This document shows, one piece after another, positions 46,131 through 64,000 of a stretch of DNA of 64,000 nt. Made by a program: the position numbers and the translations under genes. The first letter of the stretch is position 1. Each line of letters begins with the position of its first letter. The notes below the pieces were generated by a model. It was not told the DNA's origin. It saw only the letters and a list, made by a program, of their open reading frames with translations, and made no database searches. This DNA is from the human T2T-CHM13v2.0 reference genome, Homo sapiens: the NCBI RefSeq assembly GCF_009914755.1, contig NC_060940.1; one strand, given 5' to 3'.

Positions 46131-46719
46131 TGTCCACTGCAAAAAGTGGTGTTTTGTTATCCTTGAGTTGTTGTGTGTTCATTTGTTTGGCTCTTTCATG
46201 CCTAGAAGTTGATATTTTATGCTCAAACACAGAAAAAAGTACAAGCACCAATTGGCAACCTGTGGACTGAGACCCCTGACACTGGCTGCTTGAAAAAGGC
46301 CCCAGGGTGGACAAGAGCTGCACCACTGAATCTCCAATCCCAGAACACCAGGCTTTTGGCCCCATGCAGATCTGGGGCTGCCCAGACACCCATAGCTCCC
46401 TGGACAGCCTGGGTCTTAGCTCCTGGCATCCCACCCCTGGCAACCTGGACCCATGAAGCCCCAACACTGATGCATCTTCTACTCTAAGAAGGAGTTCAGG
46501 GTGCGCTGTGCTTCTAGGAAAAAGACTGATCTATGATGCATATTTTCTCACACGATATTTTAAAGTTCCTTAAATTAGTATCTGTTTTACAATTATTAAG
46601 CACCTTTCACAGCAGGATAGCTCTTTTTCTCCTCTCAGCTCCTACCCATTCCCCAACAAAATCTATCACTAGGTAGATGAGATCTTAGTAGCAAAGAAGT
46701 AGGGTATAAGTTTTAAAAA

Positions 46720-49165
<2,446 letters not shown>

Positions 49166-49194
49166 ACAAGTCTATTGCAAAAACAAAAACTAAT

Positions 49195-49722
49195 TGTTCT
49201 GATTATCTACTGCAGCACAACAAACCACCCAAAATTTAGTGGCTTAAAACAACAACAGTCATTTTTGTTATCTGTCATGGTTCCGGAGCTTAACTGGGTT
49301 CAGCTCAGTTCTCACTCAGGGTCTTATACATGGTTGCACTCAGGTGGCATCTGAGGCTGGAGTCATCTGCAAGTTTCCCTCACTCACTTTTGATGCCTTA
49401 GGTCCACTGGGACCTCAGTAGGGGCTGTCAGCCCGCATATCTACATGTGACCTCCCGATACACATGTCTACACATGACCTCCCCATGGACAAACCTACAC
49501 ATGACCTCCTCATGTGGCCTGGGCTTCCTTGAAGCATAGTGGCCAGTTTCCAAAGGTGAGCATCCCTGGAGAGGGAGGGAGGGAAGGGAGGAGGAGTCGG
49601 GGGAGCTGGTGGGAGCATATGACCTATGCTTAGAAGCCATGCAGAGTGGCAAGGTCACATTACAAGAGAACATGATGGACAGAAGACAGTCATGGCTCTC
49701 TTTAGAAAATAAAATCTGCCAC
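49195..49722 (-). mobile_element. MLT1 (F/G-type) LTR
   Basis: aacaaaccacccaaaatttagtggcttaaaacaac...aaaatctgccaca. Confidence 0.75.
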
Positions 49723-51199
49723 ACCGACCACCTTCTGGTATGGCTGAGGTCAAGGTGCCAGCTGAGTGGGCCACAGGTTTCTCTCCTGCCCTCCTCCTGG
49801 GAACTGTGCTTCTACTGTCTACCTGACTCCAGCCCAGGTGCCTCAGTTCATTAGCCCTTGTCCCTGTCAGAACCCCCAAGCAGAGTAGGATACATTCCCC
49901 TTTTCTAGGAGAGATACTGCAGCTTCCGCAGGTCTCAGAGCTCGGGCCTGACTGTTGGCTGTGTTAGGAAAGCTGGGTCCCTGGGCATGAGGCCATCTCC
50001 CTTCTACCTGCTGTGCTGCTCTCTGCCTTGCTTGCAGGACCCCCTGCTCTCCCCTCTGCCCGTGTGCTCACTTCAGTTCTTCCCTTGGGCCCTCCACATC
50101 CCCACTCCACACTATCTGACCATCCGCCAGATGTCAGTTTCTGTCCAGAACCTGGTAACCACAGTGCCTCGCTTGGGGCCTGGGAGACAGAGTCAGGCCA
50201 ATTGCCCACCGGTCCCTCTCGTGCCAAGCTCACGAGGGGTCACCCCACTGTCCCTCTCTCAAAATCAGCTGCTGCGTTCACATGGTGTCCAGGCTTCCTC
50301 CCAAAGCCTCCCCTGCCAATGACTGACACCAACCAGGCCCACAACACATGGAAAGCCAACGATAGCATCACGTGCATGCGTGTCCTCAGACTACACTGTG
50401 AACTTCTGGAGGACGTGGACATGACTTGTTTCCTTCCACATTCTCTGGCACACAGGGACACTCATCTACTGCATGAAGGAGTGCCTGACTGAATGAACAA
50501 ACAAACCTGTGGATGAGGGCTTATGAGTTAAGCCTTGGGGAATTAAGGGAACCCATTCCCAGCCACGCCTCCCACAATTTGCTTCCAGTTGGGCCAAGAC
50601 CTGCTTGCAGCTTTCTTTAAGGTTGAAATGTGTAGACTTGGCAGAGCTGCTTTCTCCCCTCCCTCTCCACACCCCCGCCTGTCTTCACCCTTCCCCAACT
50701 CTGGTTCCCACGTGGCTGCAGCCTAGCCTCATGCTGCTCAAGTAGAAATCATTCTGCAGGTTGGATTCTTTAAATTAATGTTTGTTCCTTAGGCATTCAT
50801 ATAATGGGTACTTTAATGTTTTAAAGAAAAGAAAAGAAAAAAGATTACAGAATAAAATTCGTGCCTGTTGCCATAATTACTATGAAAGTTTTTGCATATT
50901 TTCTTTCAGCATTTTTCAAAGCATAAATATACTTTACACAGTTGAACCTATACTGTATATGTACTTTGTAACCTATTTTTTAACACATTCTAGCATAAAT
51001 TCGATCATGAGGTTTTCCCCATAAATTTAATTCTAATGTATGTTTTAATGGCTGCATAATATTCCGCCTTAGGAATAAGCTGCAATTTAAGCCATTCTTC
51101 CAGAGCTGCTTGTGGGTTGCACTTCTCACCTTTTTGCATGACGCTGTGCGGAAATCATAGGCTTCAGCAACTTTTGCCTGTCTAGCATTCACCCTTCTA

Positions 51200-51697
<498 letters not shown>

Positions 51698-52569
51698 TAG
51701 GACAAGTGTGGAGCCCTTGTGAAGAGTTTCTCCTCCTGTCTATTGGGGCTCCTTCAGTTAAGAGGAAGGCCCCAAGCCTCTGACAGGCATTCTGACACCA
51801 GGAGAGCAAACAGCAGCACATGAGCCCCTTGGTCCAGCTGTGCTGAAGGCCAGATACGCCTTAATATTTCTTGGTCACATTAGCTAATACATTCCCATGC
51901 CTGCCTCTGTTTGCATTGGGTTTCTGACCCTCAAGTCTTATGACAGATTTGTCAGAAGCATTTCTGTCCACAGTTCAAATCCTTCATTTCCTTAAGAGGT
52001 GGACCCCAAAGAAGAAATCATGGGTCGAAGCACAATGTTTGTAAAGCTCCTACGATGTACTGATAGAGTGTTTGTTTTCCAGAAAGCCTCTGACCATCGA
52101 TCCTCCCCTACAGAACAGGGAGAGAAGCCCCTGCCAAGCATCATGGCATGATGCTCCCAGTGTGCCCTCTGCATGTTCAGAAACAGCCACACTGGAATGC
52201 AGTTACCCAGAGGGGTAGGCAAAAAACGCAACTTCCAGCTGCCTAGCGGGGTAGGTGGTGCAGCATAGAGCAGGCACATGGGGCTGGGCGAGAAGGGCCC
52301 CAGCAGCCTGAGGTTGCTTCCAAGGGGACCCTGAAGCCATGGCTGCATCACGGGTAGAATAAGGGAGACCTGAAAGGCAGGTGTGTGGGCTGGGTGGGGC
52401 CGGGAAGCAATAGCTCCCAGAAGCCACTTACCAAATCACTCTGCTGACAATCACAAACTGCAGCTCCCCAAAATGGGTCTTTCTCCTTCTCTACTAACTC
52501 TTTTTGGTCGACGTTTTGGAGGCATCCAGAATCCTTTTCTCCAAAGAAGCAAGAGCCTTAAACAAATTC

Positions 52570-53952
52570 TTAACGTGTGAGGACATTTATTTCTAGGGAA
52601 ATTCTGAAAGCAATGGTACTCACTAAGGAGAGGACACCAGGTGGAAATGTGATTCAGAAGCATCAGAACGGCTCACATGAATCAGGGCAGGGCTGGGTCT
52701 GCCGGCTTCTCTGTCCATTCTGAAAGGAAAGCCCTGCTGGGGGGTGCCTGCTGGTTCCTCGGCCCTGTGGCAGGCAGCAGGGGGGTTCTCACTGCTCTGT
52801 GCCCATCAGCAGGTGCCCGTGGGTCTGTGTAACTGCCTCTCTCCCTCAGAGGACAAGCCGCAAGCCCAGCAACATCTGTGCTCCTCTGTTTGTCTGCTCC
52901 ATGCCCTGGGCATGAACACACTGCCCAGCTGCCATTCCTACGTGGTGCAATGTAGGAGCAGACACGTGAGGTCTGGGTGGGCAAGAGGGAGCAGCTCCCA
53001 GGTTCCAGTAGTGGCTGTCCCCCTCCATTGTCTTTATTTTTTTGAGACAGGGTCTCCATCCATGATGGAGTCCTGGGCTCAAGCAATCCTCTCACCTGAG
53101 CCTCCCAAGTAGCTGGGACTACAGCTGAATGCCACCACGCTCAGCTAATTGTTTTTTTTAAGAGATAGGGTCTCACTGTGTTAGCCCAGGCTGGTCTCAA
53201 ACTTCCGGCCCCAAGCCATCCTCCTGCCTAAGCCTTTGACGATGCCACATGTCTCTTGACCTCAAGGCAGCTCAAATATCCCAGAATTGGAACATGCAAA
53301 GCTCTGAAAGTCTTAGAAATGACACGAATCCTTTCTAATTGTTCAAATGGGAAAACTGAGGCCCAGAGGAGAGGGGTTTGCCCAGGTCACACAGTGTGGT
53401 TTATCGACAAAGCCAAAATGAGAAGTAAACCCTCCCCTTCAAAGTCCCCCTGCTCATGGCATGGGGGTTAAACGTTGGGGTTTGCCATCGCACAGACCTG
53501 GGCTCAAGGCTCAGTTCTGCTCCTTGTTAGCTGGGTGGCCTTGTCCAAGTGTCCTAACCTGAGATCATAAGATGTACCCGCTCCAGAGTGTCACTGTGAG
53601 GATTAAATGAAATAATGTTCGTAAGCACCTACATGTTTATACGTATAACTAGCAGCTGTCATGCTCTCACAAGAGACTTCTGTACTGAGGTTTGTCAGTT
53701 GCAGGGTGAAAATGACCAGCATGGTCACCTCTCCTGGCAATGAAATGGGCCATTTTACAATGGAGGTGGACACAGAAACCAGCTGGTTTGCAGCTGTGAA
53801 AGGATAGGGCCTGGTTCTAGAAGCCCCTCCTCAGTACATGGGCCCTGCTGGCCGGTGTCCCGTCCCTCTTCCTGGTCCTGTCGGTGACCGTGACCGCCAT
53901 GCGGTGAGGGACCACTGTCCTGGCAGAGCCCAGGTCTCCTTGCTGAAGGACT
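52570..53952 (-). other. Candidate terminal exon of an unidentified minus-strand transcript
   Basis: Strong acceptor (ttcttctgtttcctcttttctgccccacgcag| at 53952), CpG-rich start, AATAAA at 52586-52591 (-) with a U/GU-rich downstream element. Confidence 0.35.
53032..53235 (-). mobile_element. AluJ, internally deleted and truncated
   Basis: Right-arm segment replaced by a short palindrome. Confidence 0.85.
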
Positions 53953-55339
53953 CTGCGTGGGGCAGAAAAGAGGAAACAGAAGAATGGGATGCGGGACTGG
54001 GAGGGAGCTCGTAATTCATGGTGGCCTTCTGCGTTCCTGGATGCTGTTCCAGAAGTGGGTGACATGATGGAGGACGAGACAGAGGTCTTGACTTTGTGAG
54101 ACTCCCCTTAGATACTGAATTCCTCATTTTAAAAATGAAGCTGCGGCCCAAGAAGGGAGGCTATGTCCCTTCAGGGATCCACAGCTGCACAGTCAAGCTG
54201 CTAAACTCGGCCTTGAAATGCCACATTCCAACAAGTTCTGCAGGGGGTCGGTTTGCATTAGGTGATGGGCAGAAGAAGCGGTTTCATTTAACTTTCGTAG
54301 GACCTTTTAGAGAGGTCCTTTTAGAAAGACCTTTTAGAGAGGTTTGGCAGCTGGAGAGAAAATAATTGCCCCTACATGTGACGAGAGGCATTCTGTTCAA
54401 TCATTTCGTCACAGGCTCACTCACCACTGACGGATGTTAACGCCAAACATTCTGCAGACAGGTTAAGAAAAATGAAAGCCATTTTACACTGTTATATGAA
54501 AGAAGCAAAAGACTGAACAATGTTGTAGTATACTCTTACTCCTGGAAAACCAGTAAGGACACAGCTGTATAGGAGCAGAATTTCTACAACACACAAAACC
54601 CCTAACAGTTGTTGCCTCTGGGAGACCAAGGTCTTGGGGAGGAGAGGGATTTACTTTTCATTCTAAATTTTTGTTAACTGTTAGTAAGTTTTTCCATGAA
54701 TTATTTTTCCAGTTAAAACATTCTAAAGGATGGGGCAACTTAGGAACAAAAACAATAAACTAAACAATTCCTTCTTTGCTGTGGGTCCTGACTAGCTGTC
54801 AGTTGTTAGATAATTTTCCTTCTCAAAAGTCCCCGTGTTTTCTATCCTATAAAAGGGAGGCACAGATGGTAACAGTAAGAGACAGTTCTGGAATTCCTGG
54901 TTGCTGACGTGCATTTTGGCCTCCGGGCCAAAGTGGCAGCTCCTCACAGCTGTAGGAGTCTCAGTCACTCGAGTTTAACCATAAAGGCTAGGCTCCCAAT
55001 TGTTTTCACAATTTCACTTCTGCCCAGGTGATAGGATGAAGCCACCCATCAAAGCACAACACTCTTAGACACAGTAATAGGAAAACAGTGGTTTCACTTC
55101 CAAACAGGCACAGTAAGTCCTCCTTCTGAAGATGTGATTTAGAAATGTCTATCTAAAGGCCATTAAAAGGGGGCCCATCCATCGCAGCTCTAAGAATGTA
55201 TTGCAGGGAGATACTAGCAAGAGGCTCAAGACCAGTTTAAAAAATTAAGGAATGCTGTTATTATAGGATACTAGAGAAAAATTGGATCTATATTCACTGA
55301 TATGCAAAGAGTGAGTTAAGTGAAAAAATGGATATAAAA

Positions 55340-55590
55340 TAATAGTAAGTACTTACATGGTACTTGCTATGTGCCAGGGCCGCCTCTGAGCTCTTCATAT
55401 ATGGTAATCCATTTCATTTTTATTACAATTTTATGAGGTAGGTACTTTTATTGTCCCCATTTTGCAGAGGAGGAAACTGAAGCCAAGGGCACTAAAGTGA
55501 CTCGCCAGGGTCACGTAACTGGTGAGTGGTGGAGCGGAGCCCAGAGTCCAGGCATGTAGCTCAGTTCTGTGTTCTTAACCACTGCTTCCC
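55340..55590 (-). mobile_element. MIR
   Basis: ccccattttgcagaggaggaaactgaagcc...aaagtgactcgccagggtcac. Confidence 0.85.
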
Positions 55591-56479
55591 AACATGTACC
55601 CCACAGCCCCATCCATGAGAAATTGAAAGGCGGCTCACCTGGCTGTTAACATTGCTTCCAGATTGTAGGACTGCAGATTCAGTTTTAATTTTCTACATGA
55701 ATGACGCTGATTAAGTAAATCTGTTCTTATTTTGGTTTTTAGGAAAAGTGTACATTCTGTTTGATTCAAAAACTCTGATCTCTCAGAATTTTTCCTCAGG
55801 AAATTATTAAACAGATGTCAGCAAAGATGGATCAGTAAAGATGCTTATCACAGGAAAACTCTAGCAACGAAACGCTGGTGTCAAACAAGATGTTCAACAA
55901 GGGATTGATTAAATATGGTATCTACATATGGGAAAAGAATAAATATTGACATGGTGAGATGTTTATGCTCTATTGATGAGTGAAACAGACAGTAAGCTAC
56001 AGTTGAAAAATAAAGCCATGTCTATCCGGAGGAAAAGCATGGAAGGAAACAGAAGAAAGAGGACCTGCAGCCATCTCGGGGTGTTGAGGCTGTACCTTTT
56101 CACTTGTGATATTTCTGAATCTTCCAAGTTGTCTGCCTTGAGTGCATATTACTCCTCCAATAGCAAAAAGATGTTATTCTTATAAAATGACTGTCACTAT
56201 CACCCTATTCAAGTATAAAATCTTAGAATCCCTGAGGGTTATGGTGTCCTTGTCATTGTGATTCTCAGGAAAGACTATGCAAGGTTCTACTAGAAAAAAA
56301 AACCACATTAAATTAATTTCTACCTAAAAAAGACAGCCTCTGCCAGAGGGAAACAGTCAGGATACAAAGAGCCCTTAGGTGCCATCCAAGGCGTGTTCCT
56401 TCCCTGTCCCTCCTGCCACAGTCCAGATGACCAGGCAACTCCGCTCCAGTCCGACGCACTGACAGGTACAAAACATTGA

Positions 56480-57354
<875 letters not shown>

Positions 57355-57898
57355 GTATTGAAGGCACAAGCACAGAGAGAAAGTTAAATTGAAAAAGTGA
57401 AGCTATTTGGGGTAATAAAAATTAAAAGACTTTAAAAATACTGTGGAATAAGTACCACAGTCACGTGAAAAAGGTTAAGTGAAGTGCCAACTGAACACAG
57501 GAGTGGCCTCCACTGGGAAAATAATCCAAGAAAAACCTCAATGTGTCCAGCATCGTCCACAAGTGACGCGTTCAGTATATTTTCATGAACCCTCCAAGGC
57601 TATACTCGAGTGAGGCAAATCTTAACAAGAACTGCAAAATAACATGCCAGCAATGCTGCTTTAGAATCTTAATGGACAGTTGTGATTTAAAACACAAAAT
57701 TCTAAAACAGTTGCCCATAGAAAATTACTCTCAGATCTGACAGTCTGGAGCAGAGAAGTCAGGCAATGTTAGCTAATCACACACAGCAGCAAGTCCCCCA
57801 GCTCCTGAGGACACGGGAGTCAGGGCTATCATGGGGAGGGAGCTCAAAGGGTGTCTGGTGCAACCACAGACTTCTGGGCCTAGAAAAATCATGCAAAG

Positions 57899-58549
57899 TT
57901 CGGGCACGGTGGGTCACGCCTGTAATCCCAGCATTTTGGGAGGCCAAAGAGGGTGGATCACTTGAGCCCAGGAGTTCAAGACCAGCTTGGACAACATGGT
58001 GAAACCCTGTCTCTACAAAAAATGCAAAAATTAGCTGGGCATGGTGGCGCATGCTTGTAGTCAGTCCCAGCTACTCGGGAGGCTGAGGTGGGAGGATCAC
58101 TTGAATCCCAGAGGTTAAGGCTGCAGTGATCCATTATTGCATCACCACACTTCAGCCTGGGCAACAATAGAGTGAGAATCTGTCTAAAAAATAACATAAA
58201 ATAAAATAGGTGGGGGCGCGGTGGCTCATGCCTGTAATCCTAGCACTTTGGGAGGCCCAGGCAGGAGATCACCTGAGGTCAGGAGTTCAACACCAGTCAG
58301 ACCAACATGGTGAAACCTTGTCTCTACTGAAAATAAAAAATTAGCTGGGCGTGGTGGCACGTGCCTGTAATCCCAACTACTTGGGAGGCTGAGGTGGGAG
58401 AATACTTGAACCTGGGACGTGGAGGTTGCAGTGAGCAGAGATCACGCCATTGAACTCCAGCCTGGGCAACAAGAGCAAAACTCCATCTCAAAAAAATAAT
58501 AATAAAAACAATAACAAATAAAAATTTAAAAATAACAATAAAATAAAAA
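57899..58549 (+). mobile_element. Tandem AluJ (57899-58207) plus AluS (58209-58549)
   Basis: Two head-to-tail dimers. Confidence 0.92.
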
Positions 58550-58996
58550 TCATGTGACAAGTGTGTATCAGGCACCTGTTGGGGTCCAGGCACTGTGCTG
58601 GGTGTTGGGAACACAAAAAGGCAGAGAGCACAGTCATGTACCCTGGGAGCTCACAGTCTGCTGGGGAGATGGGCAGGTGGACTCTTGATGGCATCACAGA
58701 GATGCTGTCACTGAGGGCATTCCAGGAACTAAGCAAACTTGGGAGGAAACGTCCGTCTCTGGGAAGTCTAAGGAGCCCTGGGAGAATGCGCCGCATCTGG
58801 AATGGGAAGGGGAATGCACTAAGGGGGAAAAGATTACAATTTTTTTAAGTGGGAGCAGGGAGGAGGCCGCAGCATGGGACCCTCATGGATAGGACAAGAC
58901 CAGGCTGGAGAGGCGGACATGATGCTGAGTGCAAAGGTCCCTGTAAGCTGGGCTTAGGAATGTGGCTTTAGCCCAAGGACCACTGCTTCCCAAAGC

Positions 58997-59002
58997 TGTG
59001 TG

Positions 59003-59043
<41 letters not shown>

Positions 59044-59052
59044 CCACACACA
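58997..59052. repeat. (TG)4(CG)2(CA)n microsatellite
   Basis: Directly visible. Confidence 0.95.
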
Positions 59053-59196
59053 AATGCATCCACAGACCAAGTATGAGGAAAAACACTGCATGAACAGTTA
59101 GAACCCTACCATGTTGGATGTGCCCTTGGCCCCAAAGCAAACCAAACAGCAATGCACACGCTGAAATTGCACAACAGCGTCAGTATCAAGTAGTGA

Positions 59197-59568
<372 letters not shown>

Positions 59569-60067
59569 TGATCATTAAAACCAAAGCATGAAATTAAGAG
59601 ATCCTTATAGAACTCACACTCACCTTGATACATTTCATAGACCCCCAGGGGTCTGTGTCTCTAATTTGAAAAACATTTCCATAGGCGATGGAAGGCTTAA
59701 GTGTTGGGGGCCGGGAAGTCATAGGGGCAACTGGATTAGATGTCCAACATTTCCGGGACACCGAGTCAGTTGTATAAAAAACGATGCTTGTAGCAGTCTG
59801 AAAGGGCCTGGAGTGTGGTTCCTGGACATCTTCCATGTTCAAGGCCAGCAGCTCCCTGCTGCAGAGACTGAACAGAGAGTGGGACCCCGCCCTCCTGGAA
59901 CTTGGATCCTGGTTGGAGACCTAAGACATGAGCCTCACCAAAGAAGAGGCTGAATACATCATTTTAAAAGCCCATGAGAAAGAGGCGGGATTCTATTGAG
60001 GGCAGATGATAGATGAGTTGCCTAGACTGCTCCCAGTGAGAAAGAAAGGTTTCAAGGAGAGGGAAGA

Positions 60068-60401
60068 TGTATTAGTCCGTTTTCACGCTGCTGATAAAGA
60101 CATACCTAAGACTGGGCAATTTACAAAAGAAAGAGGTTTAATGGACTTACAGTTCCACATGGCTGGGGAAGTCTCACAATCATGGCGGAAGGCAAGGAGG
60201 AGCAAGTCACACCTTACATGGATGGCGGCAGGCAAAGAGAGGAGAGCTTGTGCAGGGAAACTCCCTTTTATAAATCTATCAGATCTCATGAGACTTATTC
60301 ACTATCACAAGAATAGCATAGGAAAGACCTGCCTCCATCATTAAATTACCTCCCACCAAGTCCCTCCCACAACACGTGGGAATTCAAGTCAAACCATATC
60401 A
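60068..60401 (-). mobile_element. THE1 (A/B) solo LTR
   Basis: tgtattagtccgttttcacgctgctgataaagacata...aaaccatatca; 5-bp TSD GAAGA. Confidence 0.92.
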
Positions 60402-60845
60402 GAAGACTTCAAGACTTTAAAGATTGGAGGATGGAGGTGAGAGGAGCAACAGAGGATGGGTGGAAACAAAGGAATGAGTCCTGCTCCAAAAGGCACCCAG
60501 TTGCCAGTGGTGGGAGCAGAGGCACCACTAGGGCTGGCACGGGCATCCCCAGCTCACAGACCCAAGGCCTGAGCAGGACTGTGGCCTGGCCTGACCTCCT
60601 CCACCATCGGGGACCAAGAGATGACAGTCTGGATCCTGCAAGGCCAGTTCTGCAGATTTTAGTAGATTTTCCAAATTTAGGTCATTCCTACATAGCATTC
60701 ACCATTTTCGCCAGATCCTTGCATCTCTTGTACTATTATTTATGTCCTATTTTTCTTTAAGTTGACTCACTTTTGAAATGTAAATAAGTCTATTTTAAAA
60801 GGAAACTTGGCATGACCATGGATGGAAAACCGGTGTCACTTGTCA

Positions 60846-61545
<700 letters not shown>

Positions 61546-61569
61546 GATAATAATTTTAAAAAAAGTAAA

Positions 61570-62030
61570 AGAACCCAAAGAGACATAATAATTGAATATA
61601 TTATGCAACCCTGAACTGGATCCTGGAGTAGGGAAAAGGTTGCTTTTAAAGGATGCTACTGGGAGAATTGGTGAAATACACATACATAGATAATAGCACC
61701 ATATCGACATTAAATCTCCTAATTTTGATCATCACACTATGGTTAATAGAATAATACCCTTTTTCTTAAGTAAATGCCTCTGAAGTATCTAGGCATGAAG
61801 GACACTTACTGCAACTTACTCTCAAGTGGCTGAAAAAGCAAAAGAGAATTCAGATATTTTACATACATATATCTAATATATATGTCTATTTTATATATAT
61901 GTAAAATAGTGACAGAGACATAAGGCAAATGAGGTAAAATGTCAATAATAGGTGAATGTGTGTGAAAATTATATGGGAATTTATTGTAGTGTTAGCATTT
62001 TTCTGTATGCTGAAATTTTCCAAAATAAGA
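61570..62030 (+). mobile_element. L1MC/ME 3' end
   Basis: actggatcctgga...gcaacttactctcaagtgg...tgaaattttccaaaataa. Confidence 0.75.
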
Positions 62031-62038
62031 GCTATTAC

Positions 62039-62369
<331 letters not shown>

Positions 62370-62433
62370 CTATGAATGGGGCTGCAACCACAGCAAGCAC
62401 AGGGGAGGTGCTTAGCAAATATTCGCTGTTGAG

Positions 62434-62513
62434 TGAGGCTGGTACAAAAGTAATTGTGGTTTTTGCCATTACTTTCAATGGCAAAAACCGCAATTAGTTC
62501 TGCACCAAGCTAA
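62434..62513. mobile_element. Full-length MADE1 MITE (miR-548-type hairpin)
   Basis: 80 bp, near-perfect palindrome tgaggctggtacaaaagtaattgtggtttttgccattactttcaatggcaaaaaccgcaattagttctgcaccaagctaa. Confidence 0.93.
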
Positions 62514-62945
62514 TAATAAAAATGTGTGTCTGTGTGCCCTCTAAAATTATCTCACATAACCACCAGTGGTTCACACTCCACACCTGGGGAACCCACTGTG
62601 TCAAGGGACAGGGGCATGAGCCAGGAGAAACTACTTGCAGAGACAAGCCACAAGGGAGGGTGAAAAGCATCATTCAGGGCCGTTCCAGGACAAAGAGTGT
62701 TCCTGTGCCCACTTCTTCCACCAAAGAAGAAGACAGGACAAGCAGACCCCAGGAGCTCCCGCCCCTGGAGATGGAAAGCACTACAAGAAAGCGGAGTGTG
62801 GCAAAGGCGCGACGGTGAGCGTAGCAGGGGTATGGAAAAGGAGTGTTTCTGTTTTCTTCTTACACACACCAACATTCCAATCCAAGGTAGTGGCTGAAGA
62901 TAGTGTGAAGCTCAGCAAGTTCAACTCCAACTAAAAGTAATTGCT

Positions 62946-63251
62946 AGCTGGGTGTAGGGGCTCACGCCTCTAATCCCAGCAATTCAAGAGGCTGAGGTGG
63001 GCAGAACGCTTGAGGCCAGGAGTTTGAGGCCAGCCTGGGCAACATAGTGAGACCCTCATCTCTGCAAAAAATTAAAAATTAGTCAGGCATGGTGGTGCAT
63101 GCCTATAGTCCCAACTACTCAGGAAGCTGAGGTGGGAGGATTGCTTGAGCCTAGGAGTTCAAGGCTGCAGTGAGCTATGATCATGCTACTGCACTCCAGC
63201 CTGGGTGACAGGGTAAGACCTTGTCTCTAAAAAAGAAATAAACAAAAAAAA
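62946..63251 (+). mobile_element. AluJ
   Basis: TSD aaaag(t/c)aattgcta. Confidence 0.92.
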
Positions 63252-63296
63252 GCAATTGCTACTTTGGTGGGGAAGAGCATAAACAAGCTGTCATTA

Positions 63297-63542
<246 letters not shown>

Positions 63543-63802
63543 TCAATTCTTGACCTGTCACCAATGAAAACTCATTAATCTAGAAATAGGCCAGGTGTGG
63601 CTTACTTCTGAGTTCAATGTGAGACTCACCATTATTTTACATCACAATAGCAAACAAAACTGCCAACTCTGTGAGATGCTGATATGGTTTGGATGTGCAT
63701 CCCCTCCAAATCTCATGGGCTTTCCTCTCTTTGAGTGTACGTGATGTCAATTAGTATGATGAGATACACTTTCAGTTTGTCAAAAGAGAGATGATTCAAT
63801 TG

Positions 63803-64000
63803 AAAAATGGATCAAGGACTTAAATGTAAGATCCAACACTATAAAACTACTAGAAGAAAACATAAAGGAAAAACTCCACGATACTTGGGCAATGATTTTT
63901 TTTATATGATCCCAAAAGCACAGGCAACAAAAGTGAAGGAACAAATGAGATTACATCAAACTAAAAAGCTTCTATACAGCAAAGGAACCAATCAACAGAG
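63803..64000 (+). mobile_element. L1M ORF2 3' fragment, running off the window
   Basis: aaaatggatcaaggacttaaatgtaaga...catcaaactaaaaagcttct. Confidence 0.85.

Noticed and set aside
57530-57631. Minus-strand internal coding exon
   Set aside because: All three frames from the acceptor hit stops and the only nearby donor (GAG|GTTTTT) is poor; kept only as a weak acceptor.
60159-60171. PRDM9 hotspot 13-mer position in THE1
   Set aside because: It reads CTTCCCCAGCCAT on the LTR strand, three mismatches to CCNCCNTNNCCNC, so it is not the hot allele.

Overview
This is primate (human-like) genomic DNA with no supportable protein-coding exon, RNA gene, CRISPR array or bacterial feature. The supplied ORFs are almost all chance frames or translations of Alu, L1 and LTR sequence. 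The window holds about 45 Alu copies (J, S, Y and FLAM/FRAM monomers, three of them Alu-in-Alu), plus L1, L2, MIR, MaLR/ERV LTRs and hAT/Mariner DNA-transposon relics. The left ~52 kb looks intergenic and contains several short AT/TAAT-rich unique islands that resemble enhancers. The right ~12 kb (52.5-64 kb) looks like the 3' end and intron of a minus-strand transcription unit that I cannot name. The most unusual structure is a pair of inverted duplications built largely of unique sequence: 43208-43645/44334-44772 (~438-bp arms) and 14000-14050/15201-15251 (51-bp arms). Each brackets a spacer of ~0.7 kb (Alu-subtracted in the second case) with a homeodomain-motif-rich AT core, suggesting potentially invertible or hairpin-forming enhancer cassettes. 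Also present are an intact MADE1 (miR-548-type hairpin) and several template-switch repair scars inside Alus. Repeat subfamily names come from my recall of consensus sequences and boundaries were read by eye, so they need RepeatMasker/Dfam confirmation.
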